NCBI RefSeq assembly: GCF_964204645.1
Contig: NC_134030.1
Location: forward strand, 14,942,110 to 15,006,109
Length of the DNA: 64,000 nt
Reading direction: 5' to 3'
Source: Tubulanus polymorphus
Taxonomy: Eukaryota; Animalia; Nemertea
Shown piece by piece: positions 50,331 to 61,688 of the stretch (positions are counted from its first letter, which is position 1; each line of letters starts with the position of its first letter). A program made the position numbers and the translations under genes. Under the pieces are notes generated by a model that had not been told where the DNA came from, did not search any database, and was given only the letters and a program-made list of their open reading frames with translations.

Positions 50331-51561
50331 AGTTTCCCCGCTTCGTCGAATACACGTTATCTGTTAGCGCACCCCGTGGTTGGTAGTTTTGATTTCCGGG
50401 ATTATGATAGTTCGTAGGGCGCCCACGACGCGATCGAAAATCACGCCCATCTCTACAATAGGTCGCCGTGTGACCGACACGATTACATCGGCCACAAATA
50501 GGATCACCCGAGGTCGTTCGCTGGTTCCTATACTGATCAGGAGGACGAACGTTCTGGGGAGGTCGTTGGTTGCGCATTTCCCTCACCTCGTTTCTCAGGG
50601 AAGCGATCTCATCCCTTAAAGATTGGACTAGTGACTTATCGTCAGACATGGCTGCGACGGTTGCTGGCGGATCAAGCTGGTTAATTAATTCAGCCGTCAG
50701 TGCGTGGTTCACAGCCTCGTCCACATTTTTAAGGTGCTGTGTGATGACGAATTTCCTAATATCGGACCGTTGACCAGACATAAAAATATGAAGCCGAGAA
50801 GCGGCTGGAGTACCCAGTTTAGTAAATTTTGAAGTCAGGTCTTGAGAAGAGGGGCGGACTGGCTCGTGTGGACCCTGTTTTCGGCCAAGAAGTGCCTGCT
50901 CTTGTACCCAGTACAAATCTTGAGGATCTAGCTTCCTTTGTAGCCCCGCCTTAATAACAGAATATGTAGGGGGGTCTGGACCAGAGTGCTGGGCCATTAC
51001 ATCGTCATAGTGGTCGCGTGCAACACCTGTCAAATAGGCTGGGAGCGCGGCGGCCTTCATGTCGCTACCCCAACTGTTCAGCACGGATAGGCCTTCAAAG
51101 TCTCTTATGAAACGAGAAAAATCCTCCGAGGCCGATCCAGAAAATTTATCTAATTTCGGTGGCTGGAATGTGGGTCTCTGAAGACGGTGCACAATTGAGT
51201 CGATAGACCGTATATATGGTTCGGCCTCACGAGCAGTAGTTGGACTCGGTACAGAACCTAAAGGGGATTGCGGACTCGGTGATCGGGGCCGTGGTCCTGA
51301 TGGAAACGGGCCGGTCGGACCGAGCCGAGAGATGGCCGTGCGAGGAGTACTCGATGAGAAGTGCACCGCTGTTTTGACATTAGAGGGAGATGTTACAGCC
51401 GGGAGGATCTCCCGCGTAATCGCTGCGGGTCGGACAGTGACCGTCCCCGAGTCAGTGCTACTATCGCTGGTACCGGTCGATACATCTGTCACCTCCATGA
51501 TAAAAATATAGGCAACGTGGATAGGTTCAAAGTAATATAGGTACCAAAAATATAGACACAA
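50329..51561 (-). CDS. gag: Gypsy Gag
   Basis: LDKFSG..DF..F, YLTGVARDHY, Q...E.V, CGRCNRVGHTATYC knuckle; the true start is probably the ATG at ~51498. Confidence 0.9.
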   Translation of the reverse strand: MCLYFWYLYYFEPIHVAYIFIMEVTDVSTGTSDSSTDSGTVTVRPAAITREILPAVTSPSNVKTAVHFSSSTPRTAISRLGPTGPFPSGPRPRSPSPQSPLGSVPSPTTAREAEPYIRSIDSIVHRLQRPTFQPPKLDKFSGSASEDFSRFIRDFEGLSVLNSWGSDMKAAALPAYLTGVARDHYDDVMAQHSGPDPPTYSVIKAGLQRKLDPQDLYWVQEQALLGRKQGPHEPVRPSSQDLTSKFTKLGTPAASRLHIFMSGQRSDIRKFVITQHLKNVDEAVNHALTAELINQLDPPATVAAMSDDKSLVQSLRDEIASLRNEVREMRNQRPPQNVRPPDQYRNQRTTSGDPICGRCNRVGHTATYCRDGRDFRSRRGRPTNYHNPGNQNYQPRGALTDNVYSTKRGN

Positions 51562-51727
51562 TAGCTAATAATCCGAAAGCAAGACGATATTGACTAGACA
51601 AAAAACAGTGATCATTAGCTAGGACTGCAATAAATCAAAATCATTAGCGGTAGAGCACACGCTTGGTAACAGCAAGAAAGTGTCTGAAATAAAGAAACTG
51701 ATGGTTAGAAAAAATAACACTCACCAG

Positions 51728-51745
51728 GACCGTGGTTCTCCACCA
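51728..51745 (-). promoter_or_regulatory. Primer-binding site, probably tRNA-Ala
   Basis: TGGTGGAGAA 2 nt after the LTR. Confidence 0.7.
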
Positions 51746-51747
51746 AA

Positions 51748-52092
51748 TGATACGTTGGAGACTAGCTCAGAAATGTTCCAGGTTCCGTAAAATGAAACAA
51801 TGTCCAATCATGAATTTGAGATATACGAGTTTATTACAACCGACTGGTCCGGATGAGTGTGGATGTGAGAATGGCGCATGATCGAGGGAGGGGTGCTACT
51901 ATATATTCTAAAATGATAGGAGTAGAGAATCTCTCACCGTCGGGATCGGAATTCCTTACCCGATACGGTAAACTGACCGACGGTTCAACTCTCTACATGA
52001 AATGAATGAGGAGGTGAAATGAAGATGGATCATGGAATGAAATGATGTTTATACATACACACAATCTACAATAATACATGGGCTATATATCA
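51748..52092 (-). repeat. Gypsy 5' LTR
   Basis: Direct repeat of 41046-41390. Confidence 0.95.
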
Positions 52093-52486
52093 ATTGTATA
52101 TAAGTGAGTAGCACTGTAGGTCAGTGAATACAGAGAACAAATGATGTTTATTTTATCGATTATGCATAGGCTACGCGTACTAGCGCACACATGTGCTTGT
52201 GTTGATTGTCATAGTTAACATCATAAATAGCGCCACCCGCGGGTTGAATATGAACTATACGCACGGAGTGAAGGATAAATAGGTAACTATTCCGCTAACT
52301 ATTACGGCTAATTCGTGTTCCTTTTTTCAATAAGTCACATCTCAGGTCGCTATATGATTACTAAAGTTTCTTCTGGTTAAGAAATCGCGGAAAGTACAAT
52401 TTTGATGGTATTTGCCCTTTAAAGATGATTTTGAATTGTTTGTACATTTCAAGTTCTGAAATCTCCAGTCTCCTGAGTGTAATATT

Positions 52487-52493
52487 AATAATG

Positions 52494-52559
<66 letters not shown>

Positions 52560-52580
52560 TAATAATAACAATAATAATAA
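52487..52580. repeat. (TAA)n microsatellite next to a possible Helentron/DINE-like end (ATATAGCTGCAAGCAGCGAT)
   Basis: Repeat seen directly; the element assignment is tentative. Confidence 0.8.
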
Positions 52581-53754
52581 ATATAGCTGCAAGCAGCGAT
52601 AACGGGTTTCTGCCTTTCTGGATAGAATGTCGTTCAGGGATGCGAGCAAAGATTTCACCCGAAATCAGTTCGTTACATTCCGTTTTTGAAAGAGCGCCAC
52701 CTAGGGGTCAACTCCCAACATGGATATGTCGACCCACATGTGCTACTACGCGCAAAGTACTAATGTGCCAGGTTTTGGGGGAAATAACATCGAGAAGAAG
52801 GAAGCTAAGGTGTTTTTACCATTCCCTAGTGACAGTTCAAGCGCATATTCGATTATAATTAGTTCCGAAAAAAGTCGACATTATGAGAAAACCGAATTTG
52901 GCCCAAAGCACAAATTTGGCCTATAGGGTAAACTATGCAGGAGGGAAGGCCTTATAGTGTTACTATTAGTAGAGGAGTGACAAGTCAGTCTGACAAGTCA
53001 AGCGATCAGATGGGGACTGCAATTCACATATGAAATTGACGTCCAATAACCATTATAAAAACATAATCACGAACGGTACCATCACTCCCCATTACTTACT
53101 GTCACTGGTCTCTGGCTAGCAATCATTCTTTATCGGTGCAGTGGGTAGGTATTTTCACCTGACTTTGTTCTTCTATGACATTACCATCTACGCTGCGTCA
53201 CGATGTGATGTACATGTACAAGAGACATCCAATTTGTAATGTATGTAATGTATAAACTGACATTAGACCGTTTAATATCGACGATAACAAGGTATCACCG
53301 ACGCTGACATTTTCTGACGCTAACTAGTATGACCCATACATTAAAAAATGAAAAATATGAAAATAATAACAATTTCTACTTGAATTAGGAGTGAAACTCA
53401 TAAAAAATGAAAAATAATTCTCACACACTCGAATTTATTTTTCATTTTTACTCGCTAGAAAAAAGTGTGAGTAAAGTGTGAGTGAAATAAATTCGAGCGT
53501 GTGAGAATTATTTTTCATTTTTTATGAGTTTCACTCCTAATTCAAGTAGAAATTGTTATTATTTTCATATTTTTCATTTTTTAATGAACTCGACCATTCA
53601 ACCTTTAACCTGAAAGCCCATTACCCCTATTACTCTTAAATTATTCATATACATGAATAAAATATATATGAATAACATATAATTTGATAGATTATTCAAT
53701 ATAAAAGTGTGAGTGAAATAATTCATATTTAAAACATTGAATATTTATATTTGA

Positions 53755-54404
53755 ATGAGTTTTAATAAAAATTTTGTTATAAAAATGAAGAAAGAAGAAG
53801 AAGAACCCAACTTTAAAATCGAAATCAATGAAACCAATAAATCATTTTCACAGTTTAACATTAAAGATTATATTTCAGCAACAAATTTAGTGTCCGCAAG
53901 ACATTATAAAATCGATAACATAACTATGATTAATCAAATATCATCAAATGAAACATATTTAATTACTGAACTAGTAGATACTTTTGATAATGGCGTTAAA
54001 AATCCTAAAATATTCAATACAGTTTTAAATTTTAAAGGATCTTTAGATGAAAACATAATTAATATTCTTAAAACTCCTTTCAATGAAAGAAATGATGATA
54101 TAATACTTTCAAAAGATTACAATGATTTGATTAACTTAAGAATTGAAAAAAGACAATTATATTATTTCAATTTTGATAATAAACAAATTATCTATAATGA
54201 AAATTCATCAAATATTGGAATTCAATGTGAATTCGATAATGAAAAATCATTTAAAGATATTGCAGTTCAATGTAATTTAGATGATGAATTTAGAAAATTC
54301 AATCCTAATGAAAAAGTGCATTGTTATTGCGGAGGTAAATATTGAAAATCACATAAATCAAAGCATTATGAAACAATTAAACATAAAAACTGGTGTAAAG
54401 AGTA
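53755..54404 (+). pseudogene. Cargo ORF, left copy (nonsense codon at 54343)
   Basis: Near-identical to 56284-56931. Confidence 0.8.
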
Positions 54405-54589
54405 ACAATTCTACATTATAATTATTGAATTGAGTTAAATGATTTAAATATCTAATAGACTGTTAAAAGGATAAATTGTTTGACAGTTGAAATGATAAAT
54501 TGTTTGACAGTTGAAATGATAAATTGTTTGACAGTTGAAATGATAAATTGTTTGACAGTTAAAATGATAAATTGTTTGACAGTTGAAAT

Positions 54590-54724
54590 GCTCAATTTTA
54601 TATTTTCATTAATCAAATCCTTACTGATATTTTCATAATAAAAGAAAAGCGCAGCCAATATTAATCCGCCTGCTACTAAATAATGTTTCAAATCACTTTT
54701 CCCAGTTGGGATGAAACCATCCAT
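54590..54724 (-). pseudogene. 5' fragment of a small TM-protein gene running into the repeats
   Basis: T-run + ATAAATG start; MDGFIPTGKSDLKHYLVAGGLILAALFFYY. Confidence 0.55.
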
Positions 54725-54847
54725 TTATTTAAGAGAAAAATTAAACAGTTTATAAAATATTTGCTAGTTTTTAATTAAATATTTTATAATCATTTTAAAA
54801 ATATTAAACTTTTAAATGATTAAATCAAATAACAATTAAATTTACAG

Positions 54848-56230
54848 CCAAACAATTTAACATTTCAACTGTCAAACAATTTATCATTTCAACTGCCAAA
54901 CAGTTTATCATTTCAACTGTCAAACAATTTAACATTTCAACTGTCAAACAATTTAACATTTCAACTGTCAAACAATTTAACATTTCAACTGTCAAACAGT
55001 TTAACATTTCAACTGTCAAACAATTTATCATTTCAACTGTCAAACAATTTATCATTTCAACTGTCAAACAATTTATCATTTCAACTGTCAAACAATTTAT
55101 CACTTCAACTGTCAAACAATTTATCACTTCAACTGTCAAACAATTTATCATTTCAACTGCCAAACAATTTATCATTTCAACTGTCGAACAATTTATCATT
55201 TCAACTGTCGAACAATTTATCATTTCAACTGTCAAACAATTTATCATTTCAACTGTCGAACAATTTATCATTTCAACTGTCAAACAAATTATCATTTCAA
55301 CTGTCAGACAATTTATCATTTCAACTCAAACAATTTATCATTTCAACTGTCAAACAATTTATCATTTCAACTGTCTTATCATTTCAACAGTCGAACAATT
55401 TATCATTTCAACTGTCAAACAATTTATCATTTCAACTGTTAAACAATTTATCATTTCAACTGTCAAACAATTTAACATTTCAACTGTCAAACAATTTATC
55501 ATTTCAACTGTCAAACAATTTATCATTTCAACTGTCTTATCATTTCAACAGTCGAACAATTTATCATTTCAACTGTCAAACAATTTATCATTTCAACTGT
55601 CAAACAATTTATCATTTCAACTGTCAAACAATTTATCATTTCAGCCGTCTTATCATTTCAACTGTCAAACAATTTATCATTTCAACTGTCAAACAATTTA
55701 TCATTTCAACTGTCAAACAATTTATCATTTCAACTGTCAAACAATTTATCATTTCAACTGTCAATTTAACATTTCAACTGTCAAACAATTTATCATTTCA
55801 ACTGTCTTATCATTTCCACAGTCAAACAATTTATCATTTCAACTGTCAAACAATTTATCATTTCAACTGCCAAACAGTTTATCATTTCAACTGTCAAACA
55901 ATTTAACATTTCAACTGTCAAACAATTTAACATTTCAACTGTCAAACAATTTAACATTTCAACTGTCAAACAGTTTAACATTTCAACTGTCAAACAATTT
56001 ATCATTTCAACTGTCAAACAATTTATCATTTCAACTGTCAAACAATTTATCATTTCAACTGTCAAACAATTTATCATTTTAACTGTCAAACAATTTATCA
56101 TTTTAACTGTCAAACAATTTATCATTTCAACTGTCAAACAATTTATCATTTCAACTGTCAAACAATTTATCATTTCAACTGTCAAACAATTTATCATTTC
56201 AACTGTCAAACAATTTATCATTTTAACAGT
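54848..56230. repeat. 24-bp minisatellite AAACAATTTATCATTTCAACTGTC (~55-60 units); about 5 inverted units at 54465-54590
   Basis: Direct observation; no spacers. Confidence 0.97.
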
Positions 56231-56283
56231 CTATTAGATATTTAAATCATTTAACTCAATTCAATAATTATAATGTAGAATTG

Positions 56284-56931
56284 TTACTCTTTACGCCATT
56301 TTTTATGTTTAATTGTTTCATAATGCTTTGATTTATGTGATTTTAAATATTCACCTCCGCAATAACAATGCACTTTTTCATTAGAATTGAATTTTCTAAA
56401 TTCATCTTCTAAATTACATTGAACTGCAATATCTTTAAATGATTTTTCATTATCTAATTCACATTGAATTCCAATATTTGATGAATTTTCATTATAGATA
56501 ATTTGTTTATTATCAAAATTGAAATAATATAATTGTCTTTTTTCAATTCTTAAGTTAATCAAATCATTGTAATCTTTTGAAAGTATTATATCATCATTTC
56601 TTTCATTGAAAGGAGTTTTAAGAATATTAATTATGTTTTCATCTAAAGTTCCTTTAAAATTTAAAACTGTATTGAATATTTTAGGATTTTTAACGCCATT
56701 ATCAAAAGTATCTACTAGTTCAGTAATTAAATATGTTTCATTTGATGATATTTGATTAATCATAGTTATGTTATCGATTTTATAATGTCTTGCGGACACT
56801 AAATTTGTTGCTGAAATATAATTTTTAATATTAAACTGTGAAAATGATTTATTGGTTTCATTGATTTCGATTTTAAAGTTGGGTTCTTCTTCTTTCTTCA
56901 TTTTTATAACAAAATTTTTATTAAAACTCAT
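56284..56931 (-). CDS. Cargo ORF, intact right copy; C-terminal CYCG..H..H zinc finger
   Basis: Intact 215-aa ORF (probably starts at the second Met after TAAAAATG); three copies in the window. Confidence 0.75.
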   Translation of the reverse strand: MSFNKNFVIKMKKEEEPNFKIEINETNKSFSQFNIKNYISATNLVSARHYKIDNITMINQISSNETYLITELVDTFDNGVKNPKIFNTVLNFKGTLDENIINILKTPFNERNDDIILSKDYNDLINLRIEKRQLYYFNFDNKQIIYNENSSNIGIQCELDNEKSFKDIAVQCNLEDEFRKFNSNEKVHCYCGGEYLKSHKSKHYETIKHKKWRKE

Positions 56932-57811
56932 TCAAATATAAATATTCAATGTTTTAAATATGAATTATTTCACTCACACTTTTATATTGAATAATCTATC
57001 AATTTATATGTTATTCATATATATTTTATTCATGTATATGAATATTTTAAGAGTAATAGGGGTAATGGGCTTTCAGGTTAAAGGTTGAATGGTCGAGTTC
57101 ATTAAAAAATGAAAAATATGAAAATAATAACAATTTCTACTTGAATTAGGAGTGAAACTCATAAAAAATGAAAAATAATTCTAACACGCTCGAATTTATT
57201 TCACTCACACTTTACTCACACTTTTTTCTTGCGAGTAAAAATGAAAAATAAATTCGAGTGTGTGAGAATTATTTTTCATTTTTTATGAGTTTCGCGACTA
57301 ATTCAAGTAGAAATTTCTATTATTTTCATATTTTTCATTTTTTATGAGCTCCACCCTTCGACCTTTGGCCTGAAAGCCCATTACCCCTATTACTTCTGTG
57401 CAACTGCGTTAATAAGAGGGCAGATTGTTCCAAAAAGTTGGAGCAGCCGAAGCAAAAGCTCTTTATATTATTATATAGCACTATTGTCTACTTTTCTTAA
57501 CTGCATTTATGCAATTGAATCTGCGGGGAGAAGAATGATTTGAAATTAATACAAGGAGGGTTGAGATATTGAGCTTTTGCATGTTTATTCAAAGTGTTTT
57601 TCAACTTCAAGTTATCTTATCTCTATGATTTTAGCTGTTCTTTCATATTTCCATATAGATTTGAAACGATTTAAAAACCTTTCACCTATCAATTAATTAC
57701 AAACATATTACATTAGAATGGTTTAAGTGCAACTATCATCTTTTCGGAGAGATGCTATGGAACGATTGTTGTATATATGGTTTTTTGTATGTTATTCAGA
57801 TTTTATTTCAG

Positions 57812-57813
<2 letters not shown>

Positions 57814-57902
<89 letters not shown>

Positions 57903-57907
57903 TATAT
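57814..57907. repeat. (TA)n microsatellite
   Basis: Direct observation. Confidence 0.98.
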
Positions 57908-58190
57908 GTTACGGAGTCAGTGAGTGCAGGTTTGGCAATATTTCCAGGTTAAATTTCAAGGAGTAAGAGTCGAGTGCGTAACAGGTCATCGTAAAGAAAC
58001 AGAAGGCATGGAAAATGGTGGCAAAATGGGTTCCAAAGGAAGAAGTGGGAAACCGACGAAGAAAGGAGGGACGAAAAAGGGTGGAGCAAAGAGAAAAGCA
58101 GGCAAAAAGAAAAAGAAAAAATAAAGAAAATTTCTGTCAGAAAAAGTTTTCCCTTCATATACAGACATTCGTACAATACTCATTTCAATG

Positions 58191-58543
58191 TAGCGTCTCA
58201 TCCTCCCCCGGCAGGGATTCGAACCTGATGGCATCGAGATTGCCACTGTAATAATCCCTGCCACGCTAGACTGAGTGCGCCGAGATACTCGCGCAGTTTA
58301 GATGATATCATTATCAACCAATCAGAAATCGCGTTTTATTTTAGCCCAGGTTTTCCCAGGTTTTCCCCTTCGTGAAATCTGCCTTAGCGATTTCTCAACG
58401 AGCAATCCGATAGATGCCGCAAGTTTTCGTGCGGCAAAGCTGTACCTTCGCACCCAGTCTAGTGTGGCAGGGGTTCGTGCCGTGGCTGAGTGTAGCGATG
58501 CCATCGGGTTCGAATCCCTGCCGAGAGAGGGAGGTATCGTCTA
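58191..58543. mobile_element. Foldback MITE
   Basis: CGGCAGGGATTCGAACC.GATGGCATCG..CCCTGCCAC.CTAGACTG.GTGCG and its inverted copy at ~58459-58524. Confidence 0.7.
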
Positions 58544-58962
58544 TACCCGGCTATATGTTCTATGTGCTAAAAAAATGATCTGTTCATTTGTGCAAGAACA
58601 TAGGCGTGCTAATAAATACCGTGTATTTTCCATTTACATAGCAGTCTCTTAATGCCAAAGTGTGAACATTTTGTCAGAACACAGCCATCCATCATTTTGA
58701 TATCAATGGAGCCTCACGAGTCAGGAAAGTTTTGGTACCAACTGTGCACTGGTCGTCTTCGTTGCTATGGCAATGTATGGATAGACAATGTTACAATGTG
58801 GGTTGCTGGGTAGAGAAAATTACGAAATTCTTGTTTTCAGTAGAGAAATCATTTGTCTGCTTTTTAAAGAAAAATTTATAGACGAAAGATGAATATTGTA
58901 TTGACTTCAACGTAAGGCTTCCTCGTCGAGCAATCAAGTAATGATACATTCCTATTCATATT

Positions 58963-59932
58963 AGTAATAGGGATAATAGGGTTCAGGCCAAAGGTCGGGT
59001 CGAGCACACTCTCCCCAACCTTTGGCCTGAAACCCCTATTATCCCTATTTCTTTTCAGTACTTTTATGTGTTAAATTCTTATAAAAGTAACGAGAAATTA
59101 ACGAGTGAAATAATTCATATTTAAATCAGTGAATATTTATATGTGCTAAATTCTTGATTTTAACATAAAAGTAACGAGTAATTAACGAGTTGAAGAAAAT
59201 TTCAATTTTAATGAAAAATATGTTATTAAAATAGAAGCAAATAAGTACTACTGTCCGACATGTAAAATCAATATAGATAAATCCCAAAAATCAAGACACA
59301 ATAAAACTAAAACACATTTAGAAAATAAATTGAAATTAGAATATAAAGATGATATATTAGAAACTAAATTAGAAGAATTGAAGAATGAAAAAGAAATATA
59401 TAAATGTGATACATGTAATCAATCATTCAGTGAAAAAAGATATCATAAAGAACATCTAAGATCTAAAACTCATATTAGAAATATGAATTATGACTTAAAT
59501 AATATAAAAAGTAACGAGTAATTAACGAGTTGAAGGAAATATCAATTTTAATAAAAAAATGGCTAATAAATGAATGAACAGATACTACAATTCAAACATA
59601 TCGATTTAAATGAATTAGAAAAACATTCACTGATTTAAATATGAATTATTTCACTCACATTTTACTCACTCGACCCTGTGACCTTTGGCTGATATTTTCT
59701 TCAACTCGTTAATTACTCGTTACTTTTATGTTAAAATCAAGGATTTAGCACATATAAATATTCACTGATTTAAATATCAATTATTTCACTCGTTAATTTC
59801 TCGCTACTTTTATAAGAATTTAACACATAAAAGTACTGAAAAGTAATAGGGATAATAGGGGTTTCAGGCCAAAGGTTGGGGAGAGTGTGCTCGACCCGAC
59901 CTTTGGCCTGAACCCCTATTATCCCTATTACT
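58963..59932. mobile_element. Non-autonomous Polinton-family element D (970 bp)
   Basis: AGTAAT..ATTACT ends, TSD CATATT (58957-58962 and 59933-59938), ~240-bp TIRs with ~90-bp hairpins; contains a pPolB 5' fragment (59231-59521, ATG changed to ATA). Confidence 0.93.
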
Positions 59933-59966
59933 CATATTTGCAGATAGAATGAAGTTAATAGGCTAG

Positions 59967-59968
<2 letters not shown>

Positions 59969-60002
<34 letters not shown>

Positions 60003-60051
60003 GAGAGGGGGAGAGGGGGAGAGGGGGAGAGAGAGAGAGAGAGAGAGAGAG
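59969..60051. repeat. (GA)n/G-rich microsatellite
   Basis: Direct observation. Confidence 0.95.
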
Positions 60052-60391
60052 TCAATTTTATCTTTCATGTATAAAATTTGCATACGACATGCGGTTATTT
60101 TCTCTTCAAGACTACAGTTCGATGCAGATTTCGCAGTTTTGTAAGGATTATTAATGTATTAACATTTATAATAATATAGTCCAGTAGCCGTGGCAGTTTA
60201 GATGGATTTCTCTGTTATAGTTTTTTTCTATGTTGATTATTCATCTATAGGATGTCTGTGATGAAGTCCAAGTGGGTGTAGGGTCGTCACCCTTGGGCAA
60301 TTCCAGAAATCCAAGATGGCCGCCGACAGCCATTTTGTAATTTATCAAAAATCAACTTTCTTACCGATTGACCTACAAGTAAATGTGATAC

Positions 60392-61163
60392 TATTGGGGT
60401 GATAAATTAGTAGTTTGCATAGAGGGAGGGAAGCCAGAGTTCAGGGCAGTGGCTGAAGTTAGTAAACAACCTACGTAGATGCTTACGTCGCACATAAGAC
60501 ACTGAATAGAAGATAGGTGGAAGTGACGTGAGTATCTGCGTAGGGTTGCTGGTTATAGCGGCAGCCTTGAGCTCTGGTATGGCTAGGAAGTAAACAAGTA
60601 ATAAACTCGTGACGTATAACATATGTAGAAGTATACGTCACGAGTAACATGAAATAAGATAAAAAGGGAGGGTCAGCACAGTAAGGGGGAGATAGATGCT
60701 AGAGTGGCGGAGAAGCCTAAAAATACGAGCTGTAGGAAGGAATAAGAATTGTGCGGGAAAATAAAGAAAGAACGTAGACCCACGAGAAGAGTTGTTATTA
60801 TTCCGGAGTCAGAGGGATATCACTTATCGGATTAATCGGAACCAACAACGACAACACGAGGGGAGAACGCAACGTGGCCCCCACAACATTGTTGGAGAAC
60901 CGAAAGCAACCCCACAACACTGGTGGAGAACAGTAGTGTATCCTGCACCTCTCGCTGCCAAGCGATCGTGTATATTTGGTGAGTGAGCAGGGGTGAAGTA
61001 AAAGTATAAGATGAACTGATGATGAGTGGGGTGTGTTGCTTAGTTTAGGTAGAAGTTATGTGGGATTGGATAATGGGGGAAAACGCAACGTGGCCCCCAC
61101 AACAATTGGTTGAGAAACTCAACCCCACAACATTGTTGGAGAACCGAAAGCAAGCCCACAACA
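60392..61163 (+). mobile_element. Internally deleted LTR element inserted in the Academ end
   Basis: TSD ATAC (60388-60391 and 61164-61167), TATTG..CAACA ends, PBS-like TGGTGGAGAAC at 60921; the empty site is reproduced at ~61301. Confidence 0.7.
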
Positions 61164-61688
61164 ATACATCTTTTCTGACTAATTTGATGTTGAGGAATCC
61201 ATTTCTGATGTTTATTTTATGATTTGACGTAACCATGGCAACGGAATCCAAGATGGCCGCCATTTTCACAACTTTGTTGCCGATTGACCTACAAGTCAAT
61301 GTGATACATCTTTTCTGACTAATTTGATGTCTAGGAATCCATTTCTGATGCTTATTTTGTGATTTGACGCAACCATGGCAATGCATTTAACCTCAAATAA
61401 TCAACAATTTAACCCACAAATTGATGTTTATGTACTATTAACACATGTACATCTATTTATTTTCCGAATCAAACAATTTCTTAGTGCATTCATTACAACA
61501 TAACCTTTAACCCTGACAGAAAATGTATTTAACAGCAAATTGATTTTAAACTGAGTTTTCTGTACACGTCTATTTATAACGTATCTAACAACTTTTAAAG
61601 TGCTCTCATTACAACCAGCATCGTTTACCCCGTATTCAACATCTAATTGATTGAATGACACTGTTTTTCATGTACACATCTATCTATT

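Larger units (their letters stand above)
53339..57394. mobile_element. Palindromic non-autonomous Polinton-family element C (~4.05 kb; left tip missing)
   Basis: ~1.2-kb inverted arms, each with a hairpin and a cargo ORF; right end ..GCCCATTACCCCTATTACT matches element B. Confidence 0.9.

Noticed and set aside
54825-56230. 24-bp array as CRISPR, or the MINCLTVE repeat ORFs as proteins
   Set aside because: Head-to-tail units without spacers and no cas genes; the ORFs follow from a stop-free 24-bp period
57727-57966. IYIY-repeat ORFs
   Set aside because: Translation of a (TA)n microsatellite
58500-58525. tRNA gene from GGTTCGAATCC (also ~38124 and ~43085)
   Set aside because: Only a T-arm/B-box is present; no cloverleaf could be built
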